In this document: piece after piece, positions 12,101-24,706 of the stretch
How positions within the stretch are numbered: position 1 is the stretch's first letter
Layout of the letters: each line of letters opens with the position of its first letter
Assembly: GCF_000315625.1 (NCBI RefSeq)
Contig: NW_005434554.1
Location: forward strand, 1-60,212
Source: Guillardia theta CCMP2712
Lineage: Eukaryota > Protista > Cryptophyta
Direction: 5' to 3'
Length of the DNA: 60,212 nucleotides
Notes under the pieces: generated by a model
Databases searched by the model: none
What the model was told of the DNA's origin: nothing
What the model saw: the letters and a program-made list of their open reading frames with translations, nothing else
Program-made: the position numbers and the translations under genes

Positions 12101-13788
12101 AATGAGCGCCTGAGCGTCTGTGTACGCGAGCTCGACCTCCTCCCCGACCGAGTAAGTATGCTTGGTCTTGCTGTTGGTGACAGGCTCCTGGGAGGTGATG
12201 ACGACGCGCTTGGAGGAGAAGAGGAGGTGCTTCTTGTGCAAGTTGCTCCTCGTGTTCATGTAGATCCCATCCGGACAAAGCTTTCCCACCCACCTCCGGA
12301 ATCCTGCCAGCTTCTCCTCCTTGTCCCTCTCAGCAGCGGCAGCCTGCTGGCGGAGGTAATCCCGGTCGATGAAGATGCCCGTCCTCTCAATGTCCGTCAG
12401 AATCTCTCCGAAGGGTTTCCAGAACCTCTCGTAGAACTGGAACATGCAGAGCAGCTTTGACTTGGTCGGCTTCTTCACGTCAACCTTGCCCAGCCGTCCC
12501 TTGAGGATCGAATCTGGCGAGAATATCACGAGGTCCGGGCTCCAGCTCATCTCCTCCAGCTCCTTCCTGAGCTTGTAGTACAGATACCACGTGCACAGCG
12601 AGTCGTAGGTGGAGTAGTGGACCCACTTGCGGAAGATCTTGGGGTCGTCGTCGGTCTGGATGGAGCAGGAGTCTCGTAGGATCAGAACCTTGCCTGGGGT
12701 TCCATCCTTCTTGAGCTTCCTTACAGAGAACACCTCCTTCATCTCCGTCTTCCCCCACCCCAGCAGCTCGTTTGACAGCACCGACAGCTTGTACCCCTTC
12801 CCTGTCGACAACCTGCTCGCATCCCACAGTCGAGCCATGTGGATGGTGTCGCCCGCGAACCCTCGCACAGTGATGCCGTGGTTGCGGAGGATGTGACTGT
12901 CGAAGCTCCAGTTATGGAAGATCTTCTTGAACCGCTCGTCCTCGAACCAGACCTTGAACACCGCCAGCACTTTCTCTCCCTCCTCTCCGAGCGTGTTCAC
13001 CCACAGCCTGTTGCTCTTCCCTTTTCCTCTCCGTGCGGTTGTGCTCTTCACCTCCGCGTTCGCTTCTGATCCCTCAGCCACCTTGTGCGCATTCGTTTCA
13101 GCTTCCTGCATGCCAGGCCCTCCCTGCTCTTTCCCCGCCTCCTCTTCCCGCGTCTCCGACTTCGCTTGGCTCTGATTCTCCTCGTTCTCAATCTCAGAGA
13201 CAGCTTCTGCTTCACCCGACACATCCTCGTCCGTCAGCTCCAGAGTCTCCCCGACGTGCTTGAAATCAACTAGCGGCCCCCGTACAGGGAGAAGCAGGCG
13301 CAGCTTCCTTTCTCCACAGGGCTCTCGACCGTCGGGTCAACGCCATAGGTCTCAGTGTCGCAGGCGAAGATGATCTTTTCCATCCGCTTCTGCATCAACC
13401 TGGTACTCCCGTCAGAGTTGCAAGGAGCTCAAGCGCTAACTCACACTTCCAACGCTGCTCTCGCGTCCTCCTCCGTCCTTACAACGGTCACCAACCGGCT
13501 GGAAGGCTCTGCCTGTGTCTGCGCTGCCGTCAGCTCGAGGAGGATGAGAGGGAGGAGCTTCACCTTGGACGCGTTGGGTCTCGCAAGCTCTGAGGAGAGG
13601 AAGGGGGAGGGTTTCGGCACGAGCTGGAATATGTTTGCTTTCTCGTTGGAGAACTTCTTCGGGGTCCATGGCTTTCCGCCCTTCACAGCCAGCATGCGCA
13701 CGAAGAGCCGCTGCCCGTCATGCCTGTTAGACGAGCATGCCTGCAGCACGGGACACGAGCATCGTAACATGGGGGAAACTCTCGCCAT
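9114..13788 (-). CDS. Family A DNA polymerase of the plant/protist organellar (POP) type, with 3'-5' exonuclease; multi-exon, partly in a gap
   Basis: Exonuclease motifs FACDTET and FHNWSFDSHIL..GFAGDTIHMARLWDASR. Polymerase motifs GRIHTALNLNTETGRLSSKRPNLQNQPALEKD, GYTETLLGRRR, INTPIQGGAADVV, QIHDEVILEG, and the POP-like end DSWYDAK*. The N-terminus is basic and Ser-rich, like a transit peptide. Confidence 0.92.
10370..11138. other. Assembly gap (about 770 N), probably hiding the polymerase motif A/B exons
   Basis: Run of N lying between the NLQNQP exon and the AQETIKAWY exon. Confidence 0.9.
11764..11890. repeat. Intronic 30-bp tandem repeat, about 4 copies
   Basis: AGGAGGAGGCGGGAGGATGGAGGAGGCA(A/G)A repeated. 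Confidence 0.85.
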
Positions 13789-14368
13789 GGACGCGGCCGT
13801 CTGCTTCCAAGGGTTCATCGCTCACCTGATCCTCACGTGCCATACGACATGGAGGGCCAGTTGCAGGGAGGGGAGGGGCGCGGGGCTACAGTTCTACATG
13901 TCATCGGATGGATGATGGTAGGACCTGCTTTATGCAGCATGAGAATCGAGCACAAACAACACATCTTCCTGCTCCTCTGAACCTCATCTTCTTCTCTCTT
14001 CCCTCCCCTCCCTTCTCTTCCTCCGTCCATGTCATCTAGCCGCCCCCCCCCCGCCCCCCCTCCCCTTCACACGTTCTAGGGGATACGGCTCCTGCCGGTC
14101 CTAATTAAATCCCATCATACCTCCCCCCGACCTCCTCCCCGCCCCCGCCCCCAGCACCTCATTCCCGCACTTCACTCGCTCTTCTCCCTTGCTCTTGCTC
14201 ATTATCAACCCACCACCACCTCCTTCTCTTAATCCTCCACGTCCTCCTGATCCTGCTTCTCCTGCTCCCCTCCCTCCTGGTTCTGAGGGTTTTCGTGAAG
14301 CGGGGAAGCAGCATTGAGCTAAGAAGATGCGAAACTTTTACGAGATGCGCACGGAAACGAACAGAAAG

Positions 14369-14839
14369 TTTCGAGATCATAGCAGAAGCTTTCGAGATCA
14401 TAGCAGAAGCTTTCGAGATCATAGCAGAAGCTTACGAGATCATAGCAGAAGCTTACGAGATCATAGCACAAGCTTACGAGATCATAGCACAAGCTTTCGA
14501 GATCATAGCAGAAGCTTTCGAGATCATAGCAGAAGCTTACGAGATCATAGCAGAAGCTTACGAGATCATAGCAGAAGCTTACGAGATCATAGCACAAGCT
14601 TACGAGATCATAGCACAAGCTTACGAGATCATAGCAGAAGCTTACGAGATCATAGCAGAAGCTTACGAGATCATAGCAGAAGCTTTCGAGATCATAGCAG
14701 AAGCTTACGAGATCATAGCAGAAGCTTACGAGATCATAGCAGAAGCTTACGAGATCATAGCAGAAGCTTACGAGATCATAGCAGAAGCTTACGAGATCAT
14801 AGCAGCCTGGAAGCTTACGAGATCATAGCAGAAGCTTAC
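14369..14839. repeat. 21-bp minisatellite, about 22 copies
   Basis: Unit TT(T/A)CGAGATCATAGCA(G/C)AAGC, with only two variable positions. Confidence 0.97.
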
Positions 14840-15603
14840 TGGAGCGGAGGAGTGAAAGAAGCCTTGAAGGGCTAGGAAAGGAGCGACTGAAACGTCAAGT
14901 CACAGCCTGGAGGAATCAGCTCGGGGTATCGATTTTCCTCATGGCAGGCCTCGTGCTCTACCGGTAGACGTGCGGAAGCGTAGGAGTGCATGGATCAACT
15001 TCTTCAGAAGAGCCGCAGTTGTCCTGGAGTGACAGAAACATGGCTCAACAGAGAGTTCAAGTCTTCAAACGACTCAGCTCGTGACTCAAAAATTTCAAAC
15101 TCCCAGCACGTTCTTTCCAGTCGTACAACCTCACTATCCGATCATGATGAGAATCAACCCTGCCATCATCCTGCCGACTCAGCGGCTGTCCATTCACTGA
15201 GTCATCCGCCTCTACGGCCCGGTCACCCGGCCGAGTCTTGCCACCATGACTTGCAGCCAGTTCAGTGCTGAGTGTACTGCCAGGAGAGTCACTGACTGAG
15301 TGGGACCCGGCGCCGGGCCGGGCCGGGCCCGGCCTGAGACCGGCTCTGGCGCCGCCTGCCCGGTCTAGCGGGTGACTCACCAACGTGGACTGTAATGAGA
15401 AGAGGGGTAGGGTGGGTAGTAGGGTTGGATGAGAACGGGTGGTGGACGTTGAAAGGATCCATCGCTGTATTGATAGGGGTGTATTAGATGGACATCCTAG
15501 GGGTGGGATATTTTTGAATAGGGGGTAGGGTAGTGAAAAGGGGGTACAAAAAGCTGTCGTGGGGGTAAGGGTGGGGTGAGTGATAGAGCGCGGACCCTCG
15601 GCG

Positions 15604-17371
15604 ATGGAATCTGGAGGGGTTGAAGGCGGCGGCAATGCCGGAGGAGGCGAAGGGCAACAGGTGAGATGTCACGATGTGATGAAAGTCAGAAGAACCTGAG
15701 AGATCTCTAGAATCTCTCCTTGTATGCTCCCAGGGAGTTTCTTTGAGGATAGAAATGGTTGGTGTCGTTAGGATTGCATCCAATGGAAAAGAAGCATGTT
15801 TCTGGGGGTTTCGTGGATGGATGCTGTAAATCAGGAGTTTGATGGACATCGATGTATTTTTATGGCTTGTTGTCTCAAATCTTATTCGAAGTGATGCTCT
15901 CTCTCGCAAACAGACCGCGGCGACGTCTCAGGACCAGCAGGTCGACCCCAGCATTCTCTTACAGGTCGGCGGTGCGATCATGAACCCGGTTCAGGTAGAT
16001 CATGAATGATCTTGTGTTCTTGTGTGCCAGCATGGCAGAGTGAATTCACGCTTGATCGTCAGATTCAATTGCTGTCCAACCCTGATCTGGCTGCTAAGAT
16101 GATCGGTCCCTACGGACCGAATCACACTGCTGCCCTCTTAGCGGAGGGCGCGAGCTGTACGATATACGTTGGCAATCTCAATCCCTCCATCACAGCAGAG
16201 CAGTTGAACCAGTTCTTCTCAGCAGTGTGTGGTCAGGTACGACGATGCTCGTGACCTCATGCCGTCAGACCTCAGCATGACCCGTTGAACACGTTCAGGT
16301 CCTGCATGTGAGGATGGCTGGAGATGATCCAGCGACAGCTTTTCGGTTTGACAGAACCCGCTTCGCCTTTGTGCAGTGAGAGCATGCTTCAAGCTGCTGC
16401 TGCAGATTGAATCATCTTGTTCTGTTAGATTTCTATCCAAGGAGCAGGCAGACATCGCCATGACGCTGTCGGGGACGATCCTCGGAGGGCTTCCGATCAA
16501 ATGCGGCCCAGCTAAGAATCCCATAGTGCAGGTTGGTCGCCTGCTTCTCTCAAACCGAGTGCATGACGGGATGTCTCGGATCGCAACAGCCAAGATCTGT
16601 CCTGCCTTCTGCTGGACAGGCTGCTGGAGTCGACGATTCCGCACTGGAGCAGCTCAAGGCTGCGCAAGAAAGAATCGCCGCAAAGATCAGTGCTAAGACA
16701 CAGAAAAGCGAAGGTGCGCCCTCTTCATGCCGATCCTGCATCCGCTGAGCAGCGTCATGCTCACAGAAGCTTCTGCCGGTCAGGGGGGAGGACGACGATC
16801 GAAAAGTCCGGTACTGCGCCGAAGATCTGCCTCACCTCGTACGGCCCTGCGTTTCCTTTGCCCTGCGTTTGAGCTGTTCACGTGTAGGACGAGGGGACAG
16901 CCCTGGAAGGAGGAGAAGGAGTCCAAGTCCCATTAAAAGACGGTCTTACGACGACAGGGATAGGAGGAGGAGCAGGTATCGACGCTGTCGTGCTTGTTGT
17001 GTAGGAACAGGATGACTGTCGTATGGTAGGTCCAGGTCCAGGGAAAGGGGCAGGAGAGACCGAAGCAGAGACCATCGCAGCAGAAGCAGGGATCGAAGAA
17101 GTCGCAGCAGAGATCGGCGCAAGAGGAGTTCGAGCAGAGACAGAAGGCGTGACAGGTGCTGCAGATGCCCTACATCGTCTCCTACCAGTTTTGACTTTCT
17201 TACAGCAGCAGAGATAGAAAGGACAAGAAGGACAAGAAGGACAAGAAGTCCAAAGATAAGCGGGATAGAAAGGATCGCGATGATTCTCCCGAGGCGAGGG
17301 AAACAGAACCCAAGGATGAAGGGAAGAGTGAGTCCAAGCATGAGGCGAATGGAGTAGGCGGGGGGTCTTGA
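15604..17371 (+). CDS. SR-related splicing factor with an RRM and an RS/RD-rich tail (SRSF11/SREK1-like)
   Basis: RNP2 TIYVGNLNPSITAEQLNQFF and RNP1-like RFAFVQF spliced over short introns, followed by RS- and KDKKDKK-rich exons. First exon MESGGVEGGG..QQ|GT. Confidence 0.8.
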
Positions 17372-18329
17372 GCTTAGGCTTGAACTTGTCTCTCCAAGGC
17401 CTCAGTTTGGGCTTGTGTCAAACTCTTCATAGCCGGATAGGAAATGTCTTGAACGGTTTGCCAGTCACGATGATAAAGTTTCAAGCCGCCGACGGTCTGA
17501 CTCACGCACTGAGCCTACCATACGGGTCGGCCCAGTCATGGTGACTCAGGCGGAGGCCGGGCGGGCCTTCGGGAGTCACTCAGTAGAGTCCGGGTCAGAT
17601 TAGTGAGAGTCGCAAGTTTACGGCTTGACAAGGTGACTAGTACAAAGGTTTTTGTAGGGTTATGAGCCGCGTAGCATTTACGAGATATGGGGGTGGGGTT
17701 GTAGTCATATGGGGTGGGTGGGTCAATCACCATAGTAAACAGGAGTAAAATCAGGAAAGTAGGGGGTGGGTGTAGAGAACTATGGGGGTAGGGGTTATAA
17801 AGGGAAGAGCGGGGCCGTAAATTAGTACGGGAGGGTGGTTTGCAACATGAAGGAACCCCCACCTACCTATAGCTGGTCAAATAAGGGGGTAGGGGGTAAC
17901 GATGGTGACGAACAATGGGGCGCGGATAGTTCGAGAAAAAGGAGTGGAAGAGAGAGGAGGAAGGAGAGAAGAAGAGTAGACGAGTCACGATGAGGGGAGA
18001 CGATCTACCAAGAGAAGAGAGAGGAAGAGGGAGAAAAGCCAGGGAAGGCAATGGGGAGGGGGGAGGGAAGGGGAGGAAGAAGAGTGAAACCCAAGAATGG
18101 ATCACGAAAGAGGAAAAGTGCAAGGATCTATTCTCCGGCTCCGAAAAGTTTGAGGTTTCAGATTGGCTTTAGCTCAGGCTGGGGAAAGTGCCATGACGCC
18201 ATGTTGTTTGTACCAAGGTGCAAGACAAGTTATGGGAAGTGTAGTCTAGCAATGTTGGCGAAGAACGATTGGCTGAGAATTCTAAACCAGTCTTTCCGTC
18301 TTCTGTTCAAATTTTTGACGATTTTATAG

Positions 18330-20863
18330 ATGTCATTGAAGAATGTTCCGCCCCCTACCACCTTCTCTGTCGAGGTGACACCGAACCACGGTATTTCGAA
18401 CGCAGTTTGTGATATTGCTGTTGCAGTGGGGTGAGAAAGAAGCCTCTAATGAGAGTAAGATCCATCGTGCCCCCGGATACGAGAAGGAGCTGGTTGGCCT
18501 CCCCTTCGCAGACGAGCCTCACATCAACACCATCCCTGCCTGTGTGAAGCGTGCTAGGGAGAAGTGAGCAGTCTTGAAGGCCTACTCGACTTGTTGACAC
18601 GTTTCCCAAGGTATGCCAGCCGCCCTTTCTTGGGCGAGCGAACGCGAGAGGCGGACGGCAAGCGCGGCAAGTATGTGTTCGAGACCTATGAGAAGTGCTA
18701 CTCGGACATCACCAGGTTCGTGAGCCTGCGCGAGCTCTCGCGCTAATGCAACGCCGGCAGGCTGGGACGGGGCCTGGTGAACCTCTGCAGCCTCGATGGC
18801 ACCGGCAAGGAAGGCGAGCAGCAGCCGCGCATCGGAGTTTACGCGTGAGGTGAAGCCGTCGAGCAAAGAGGATCTGAAGCCTCTAACAGGATCAATCGCT
18901 CTGAGTGGACCAAGACTCTGTACGCTGCTTGGAGCTTCCGCATTGTTGTGAGTCGTGGCGACTAGAGATGGTAGGACTGTGTTGGTGAGGCTTGCTTGTA
19001 TCAGGCGGTACCTCTGTACGACACGCTCATGCCGAATGCTGTGAGCTACATCGTCAACCATGCTGAATTGACGACGGTCCCAAAAGAGAGCTGCTGATGT
19101 GTAGAACTCACCGGGTGCAGATTGCTGCGGAGCGCTCGAAGCTTGCGACCATCCTCAAGTGTGACTGGAAGGATTCCTCCCTGAAGAACATCGTGAGGCA
19201 GGCCCGCTAGAGCCCTTGACACTGACTGGCTACGTGCAAAGGTTCTCTTCGAAGATGCAACTCAGGAGGAGATCGACAGCGCCGCTGCTGCTGGTGGCTT
19301 CACTTCCTTCCTGACATGTGACGTCGCCTGATAAATGCAACAGGACTGCGCTTGCTCTCATTCAGCAACGTCATCAAGGAATCCAGCGAGGGCCACGTGA
19401 GTGCTGGAGGAACAACCTCGTCCCGTGTGACGCTCCTTCTGCAGTCCGACATGATGCCCAAGCCCGAGGACTGGGCGTACGTCATGTACACGAGCGGAAC
19501 CACCGGAGACCCCAAGGGAGTGGTTCTGACGCATAAGAATGTCTTGTCATCCTCTGCCGGCATCCTCCGCCAAAACTTCCGCGAGGATCTGCTCCTCGAG
19601 GACGATGTTTACATCTCTTACCTTCCCCTGGCTCACTCCCTCGAGGCTTGCCTTCAGAACTGCGTTGTCTTCGTTGGATGCTCAATCGGCTTCTATCAAG
19701 GAGATGTGAAGAAGCTTGTAAGCGAAGATCTCCCTGACCTCAGGCCTACCATCATGGCTGGAGTGCCAAGGATCTACGCTCGTATTTATGACAAGGTGAT
19801 GATGGGCGTGGAGAGCAAAGGGTTCATTGCCAAGACTCTGTTCTCTTGGGGTCTCAAGTCCAACAAGTCCAAGTTCATCTACGACATGATTCTCTTCAAC
19901 AAGCTCAAGCAGGTGGTGGGAGGAAGGATTCGTCTCCTTGCTTCTGGTGCTGCTCCTCTCAGCGCGGAACTGCATCACTTCCTCAAGCAAGTCTTCGGCT
20001 GCCCTGTCTTGCAGGGATACGGAATGACTGAGAACTGCGCAGCTGCTTGCGTGCAGCCTCTTGGAAGCATCAAGGGAGGAAATGTCGGAGGACCAACGCC
20101 AGCGGTTGAGGTAAAGCTCCAGGACACGGAGGACTACAAGACCTCGGACGTCTATCCCAAGACCAAGGAAGAGTTTGAAGCGCAGGTCTCCTTCAAGGGA
20201 GCCTTCGATCCCTCTCTGGCCGGCAAAGTCATCGAGAGAGGAGAGGTGTGCTTGCGGGGCTACAACGTGTTCCCTGGCTACTACAAGAACGACAAAGAGA
20301 CGAAGGAGACTCTGGACGACAAGGGTTGGCTTCATACCGGAGATATCGGCATGTGGAATGAGGATGGCTCTCTGTCCATCATCGATCGCAAGAAGAACAT
20401 CTTCAAGCTCGCACAAGGCGAGTACGTGGCGCCTGAGGCCGTGGAGAACGCGGTGAGCGCGTGCAAGTGGGTGGGTCAGTGCTGGATCTACGGCAACTCC
20501 TACGAGAACTACGTCATCGGCATCATCGTGCCGGACCAGGAGGTTCTGCTCAAGTGGGCGCAGTCGAACAAGCCCAACATGTCGGTGGCGGATCTTGTCA
20601 AGGACCCGGCGGTGAAGAAGATGATCTTTGATGACATCATCGCCACCGGTCGCTCCGCCAAACTTCGCGGCTTCGAGCTGCCGAAGCAGATCGACTTCGA
20701 GACGGAGATCAACCAGCTGGGGCAAGGCTTCACCATCGAAGGAGATCTCATCACCCCCACCCTCAAGCTCCGCCGCCCCAACCTGCTCAAGAAGTACCAG
20801 AGCAAGATCGACGCCATGTACGCGCAGATCCGCAAGGAGGAGAGCATGTCAAAGAACGTCTGA
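18330..20863 (+). CDS. LACS: Long-chain acyl-CoA synthetase (AMP-binding family)
   Basis: YVMYTSGTTGDPKG, SYLPLAH, QGYGMTE, GWLHTGDIG, IIDRKKNIFKLAQGEYVAPE and TPTLKLRR. Upstream exons include RPFLGER and VPLYDTL. Confidence 0.93.
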
Positions 20864-20939
20864 GTGAGGAGGAGCCGCATGTTCCTCACGATTAAAGTGA
20901 TGAAGATAACTCCTCCCCCCTCCCTCTGATGTTGTCGAC

Positions 20940-21890
20940 GATGTCTGCTGGCATAGCTGCTTGTGACATCTGAGGAGCCATCAGACAGGAAGGGTAGGAT
21001 GAGCTGTAAAACCGCGTGATCCAAGAGCGACGTGCCGTTGCTGCTTGTCACCCTAGTCGAGGCTCCAGCTGCAACAAGGGTCCTGACAGACTTCACCTGC
21101 CGCGTGCTCAGCCGCAGAGGACGAGGGGGCAGGAAGGAGGGGAGAGGAGAGAGGACAGGAGAGGAGAGAGGACAGGAGAGGAGAGAGGACAGAAGGAGAA
21201 GGGGGCGGGGAAAGAGAGGAGAGGAGAGGAGAGGAGAGGAGAGGAGGATGCAGGTACCATCCGGTAGCTCACTGCTGTCCATAGCGCCGTCGCTCCTTCT
21301 CTGTCCTTCACCTCCATGTCGCATCCTCTCTCCAGGAGGAGTTCGAGGACTGTCGTGCTAAAGGGCCTTGAGGCTTCACGTCAGCACCCCCGGAATCCTC
21401 CGCCTCCTCGTCACATCATGACTGCTTCATGCAGCGCTGTCCTCCCCAGCGCGTTCTGCGCGTCGATCCGAGCACCATGATCCAGCAGGCAGGCGACGCA
21501 CTCCTGCCCGGCAGGTCACGACAGACTCCTCCTGCAGGGCCAGCACCGTCGAAAACTGCTTCACCGCCAAGTGAAGTAAAGTGTCGTCGTTGCTGTCAAG
21601 AGCACATCGTCATGCCAGCTCTCTTGCGCTCCCCCTACTCACCTCTCCACCAGTCGTCTATCAGGATCAGCTCCCTGGCTGAGAGCCTCCTCCACTCTCG
21701 TGCGGTTGTCCGTAACGATCCCATGGAGCAGACGCACGTCGGGACTCTCCTCTCCCAGGATCAGCTGCTGCATGAGCTCATGCGGGACCTGAGCGTCCAC
21801 AAGGTCGAGGATGGAGGTCTCAGACCCGTTCCTTGCCAGCAGGCATGCGTCCAATCGCCCCAGCATCTCACTGAGAGTCAACGACCTCAT
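20940..21890 (-). CDS. Ankyrin-repeat protein; 3' end uncertain
   Basis: Minus-strand exons EALSQGADPD, DTLLHLAVK, DAQNALGRTALHEAV, VKDREGATALWTAV and TLVAAGAS..NGTSLL. Confidence 0.75.
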
Positions 21891-22079
21891 GCCGTCAAGC
21901 ACCCTCCTCGCCCTCTCGCTTTCTCTCGACGCTGACGGTCTCTGCACCAGCAGTCACTTCCCTTGGACTGGTAGGAGGAAACTTACGCCCACAAGCAGCT
22001 GTCTGCGAGCATCGACGCCTCCCCTGAGCCTCGCACAGGGGCAGGGAACGGAGAAGGAGGGAGAAGGGGGCGTGCGGGC

Positions 22080-24706
22080 ATGGCAAGCGAGGTATGTGAA
22101 GCAGAGAAGCAGAAGTTGTGAGGGGAGGAGCCTGGTGTCGCTCATGCAGTCTGCTCATGCTCCTTGCGCGCGCTCTCCTCGGCTCTCATTGCCGCCTCTT
22201 CGCTCGCCTTCTCCCGCCATCTCCACATCCGCCCCATCGCCCCCTGGCTGCCGAGCCCGCCTCGTATCGGGGAAAGACTAATTCGGGAAACCAAGTGTAG
22301 AAAGATGCTCCATGGGGATGGAGGAGGAGGAGGAGGAGAGGATGAAACAAGTCGACCACATGGCATGAGCGCGAGGTAAGCGAGCCATGGCGGTCAAACT
22401 GGCAGTGAGGGATGGGAAAGAAGGGAAGGACAAAGTGGGTGCAATCATGGATGGGAGGGGGTGCGAGGAGGAGGAGGAAGGAGCATCGGGAGGCGGAAGC
22501 TTCTACAGCCTTGCATGGGCTCTCTCTCACAGGTTGGCTCAGCGGTTCTGGGAGCGACGGTGGAGGGGAAGGAGCTACGGGGAGGCGACGAGAGTTCTGA
22601 TCCTCATGTCGGAGACAGGAGGAGGACACAAGGCTTCGGCATGGAGCATCGCTGAAGCCCTGGAGGCGCAGGCTGACCATCCTCTCCAGATCTCCATCGT
22701 TGACATGTTTGTACGTCACACCAACTTTCCCTTCAACCGCCTCCCCAAGATGTACTCTTACCTCTCCAACAAGCCTCGCATGTGGGAAGCCGTGTACAAG
22801 ACAACGAAGATGACGGCAGGAACGATACTGGGATGTCAGGAGGCGCTCTCCCTCGCATGGATCGACCACTTTCATCGCTGCGTGGAGGAGGAGGACCCCG
22901 ACCTCATCATCTCCGTCCATCCCCTGGTGCAGGACGGGGTGGCGAGGGTGGTACGGAGGATCAGGAGCTGGAGGAACGGGAGAGACATCGCGTTTGTGAC
23001 GGTGGTCACTGACCTCGTGGACATCCATCCTTTCTGGTTCCACCCGGCAGTCGATCGCTGCTTCGTCCCCACCGAGGGCGCGAGGGAGGTCGGAGGGAAG
23101 TGCGGCATCGCGTCCTCCAGGCTAGCTGTGTGCGGGCTGCCCGTGCGGAAAGGGTTCCTCGACATCCTCGGGAGGAGGAGGGAGGAGGTGCGGGCGGGTC
23201 TCGCGCTGGAGGACTTGCAGACTGTGCTGGTGCTGGGGGGAGGGGACGGGGTCGGCGACCTGGGGACGTTGGCGCGAGCAGTAGGAGGAAGCATGCGCGG
23301 GTCAATGAGGCGGCAGCTGATCATCGTCTGCGGAAGTGAGAAGAGAGGGAGAGGAGGAAAGAAGGGGGAGGAGGGAGGAGGGAGGAGGAGGAGGAGGATC
23401 TGACTGTCAGTTCGCAGAGAACACTAGAGTCTTCGAGGAGCTGCAGGAGGAGAAGTGGCCAAGAGAGATTCGCGTGTTTGTGCTGGGATACGTTACGAAC
23501 ATGTTCGAATGGATGTTCTCCTCCGATGTAGTTGTAACCAAGGTCAGATTCCTCCCCTCCTCCTCCTCCTCACTCCTTCTCCTTCTCCTACTCCTTCTCC
23601 TTCTTCCTGCTCCCTCCTTCCTCTCGCTTCCTTCCGCTTCCTCCCTCATACTCCTGAGCTACCATGCTCTTCGCTGTGTTCTCCTCTTCTCCTCACTCAC
23701 TCTGTCAGGCTGGTCCGGGAACCATCGCGGAAGCATGCATCTGCGGCTTGCCCATCATGATCTCCGGCTTCCTACCTGGACAGGTAGAACCGAAGAGGAA
23801 GAGGAATTGGAGGAGGGAGGAGAAGAGGGGGGGAGGGGGGGGGGGAGGGGAAGGAGGGGAAGGAGGGAAAGGAGGGGAAGGAGGGAAAGGAGAGACTGAA
23901 ATGATTGCAGGAGGAGGGAAATGTAGATTACATCGAATCAAGGTGCCTTTCTTTCCTCCTTGTCTTCCTGCCTCCATCCTATAGCACTTTGACCATCTTT
24001 CCTCGCTCCTCTCTCCTCCACCCCCGTCCTCCTCCTCCTCCTCCTCCTCCTCCTCCTCATGTTCTGACTCTGCTTGCATCCTCGCATTCTGCAGGAACAT
24101 CGGGGAATATCATCCTGACGTCTCAAACCTTGCGGAGAGGCTCAAGGTATCTTGTCGTTTTTCTCCTCCCCAGCTTCTCCCGCCCCCCTTTCCTCCCCTC
24201 GCCCTCGTCCCTTCTCACTCCTTCCCTCCTCGTCCCTTCTCACTCCTTCCCTCCTCGTCCCTTCTCACTCCTTCCCTCCTCGTCCCTTCTCACTCCTTCC
24301 CTCCTCGTCCCTTCTCACTCCTTCCCTCCTCGTCCCTTCTCACTCCTTCCCTCCTCGTCCCTTCTCACTCCTTCCCTCCTCGTCCCTTCTCACTCCTTCC
24401 CTCCTCGTCCCTTCTCACTCCTTCCCTCCTCGTCCCTTCTCACTCCTTCCCTCCTCGTCCTCACCTGCTTGACGGAGCTCTTGTAGGCTTGGCTAGCTGA
24501 CTCCTCGCTGCTCGAGCGAATGTCGAGAAACGCGCGAGCAGCGAGTTACCCGCGAGCGAGTTTGGAGATAGCAGGGTGAGAGGAGGAGGAGGAGGAGGAG
24601 GAGGAGGAGGAGGAGGAGGAGGAGGAGGAATGACGAACGTGAATGCAGGGAGATCTTGGAGATTGTGCAGGGAAGAAGGGAAGCACAGAAGAACATCGAG
24701 AGATGA
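22080..24706 (+). CDS. MGD: Monogalactosyldiacylglycerol synthase (GT28); 5' exon structure uncertain
   Basis: VLILMSETGGGHKASA, PDLIISVHPLVQ, TVVTDL..HPFWFHP, GLPVR, VLGGGDGVG, TKAGPGTIAEACICGLP and FLPGQEEGNV. Confidence 0.9.
24203..24460. repeat. Intronic 25-bp polypyrimidine tandem repeat, about 10 copies
   Basis: CCTCGTCCCTTCTCACTCCTTCCCT repeated perfectly. Confidence 0.95.

Noticed and set aside
14295-14875. EIIAEAY / RDHSRSL repeat proteins
   Set aside because: The open frames follow from a stop-free 21-bp unit, with no independent sign of coding. It is also not CRISPR, since there are no spacers.
19682-20725. 347-aa antisense ORF within LACS (similarly 56960-57769 and 7953-8576)
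   Set aside because: Shadow ORFs from GC-biased codon usage on the coding strand.
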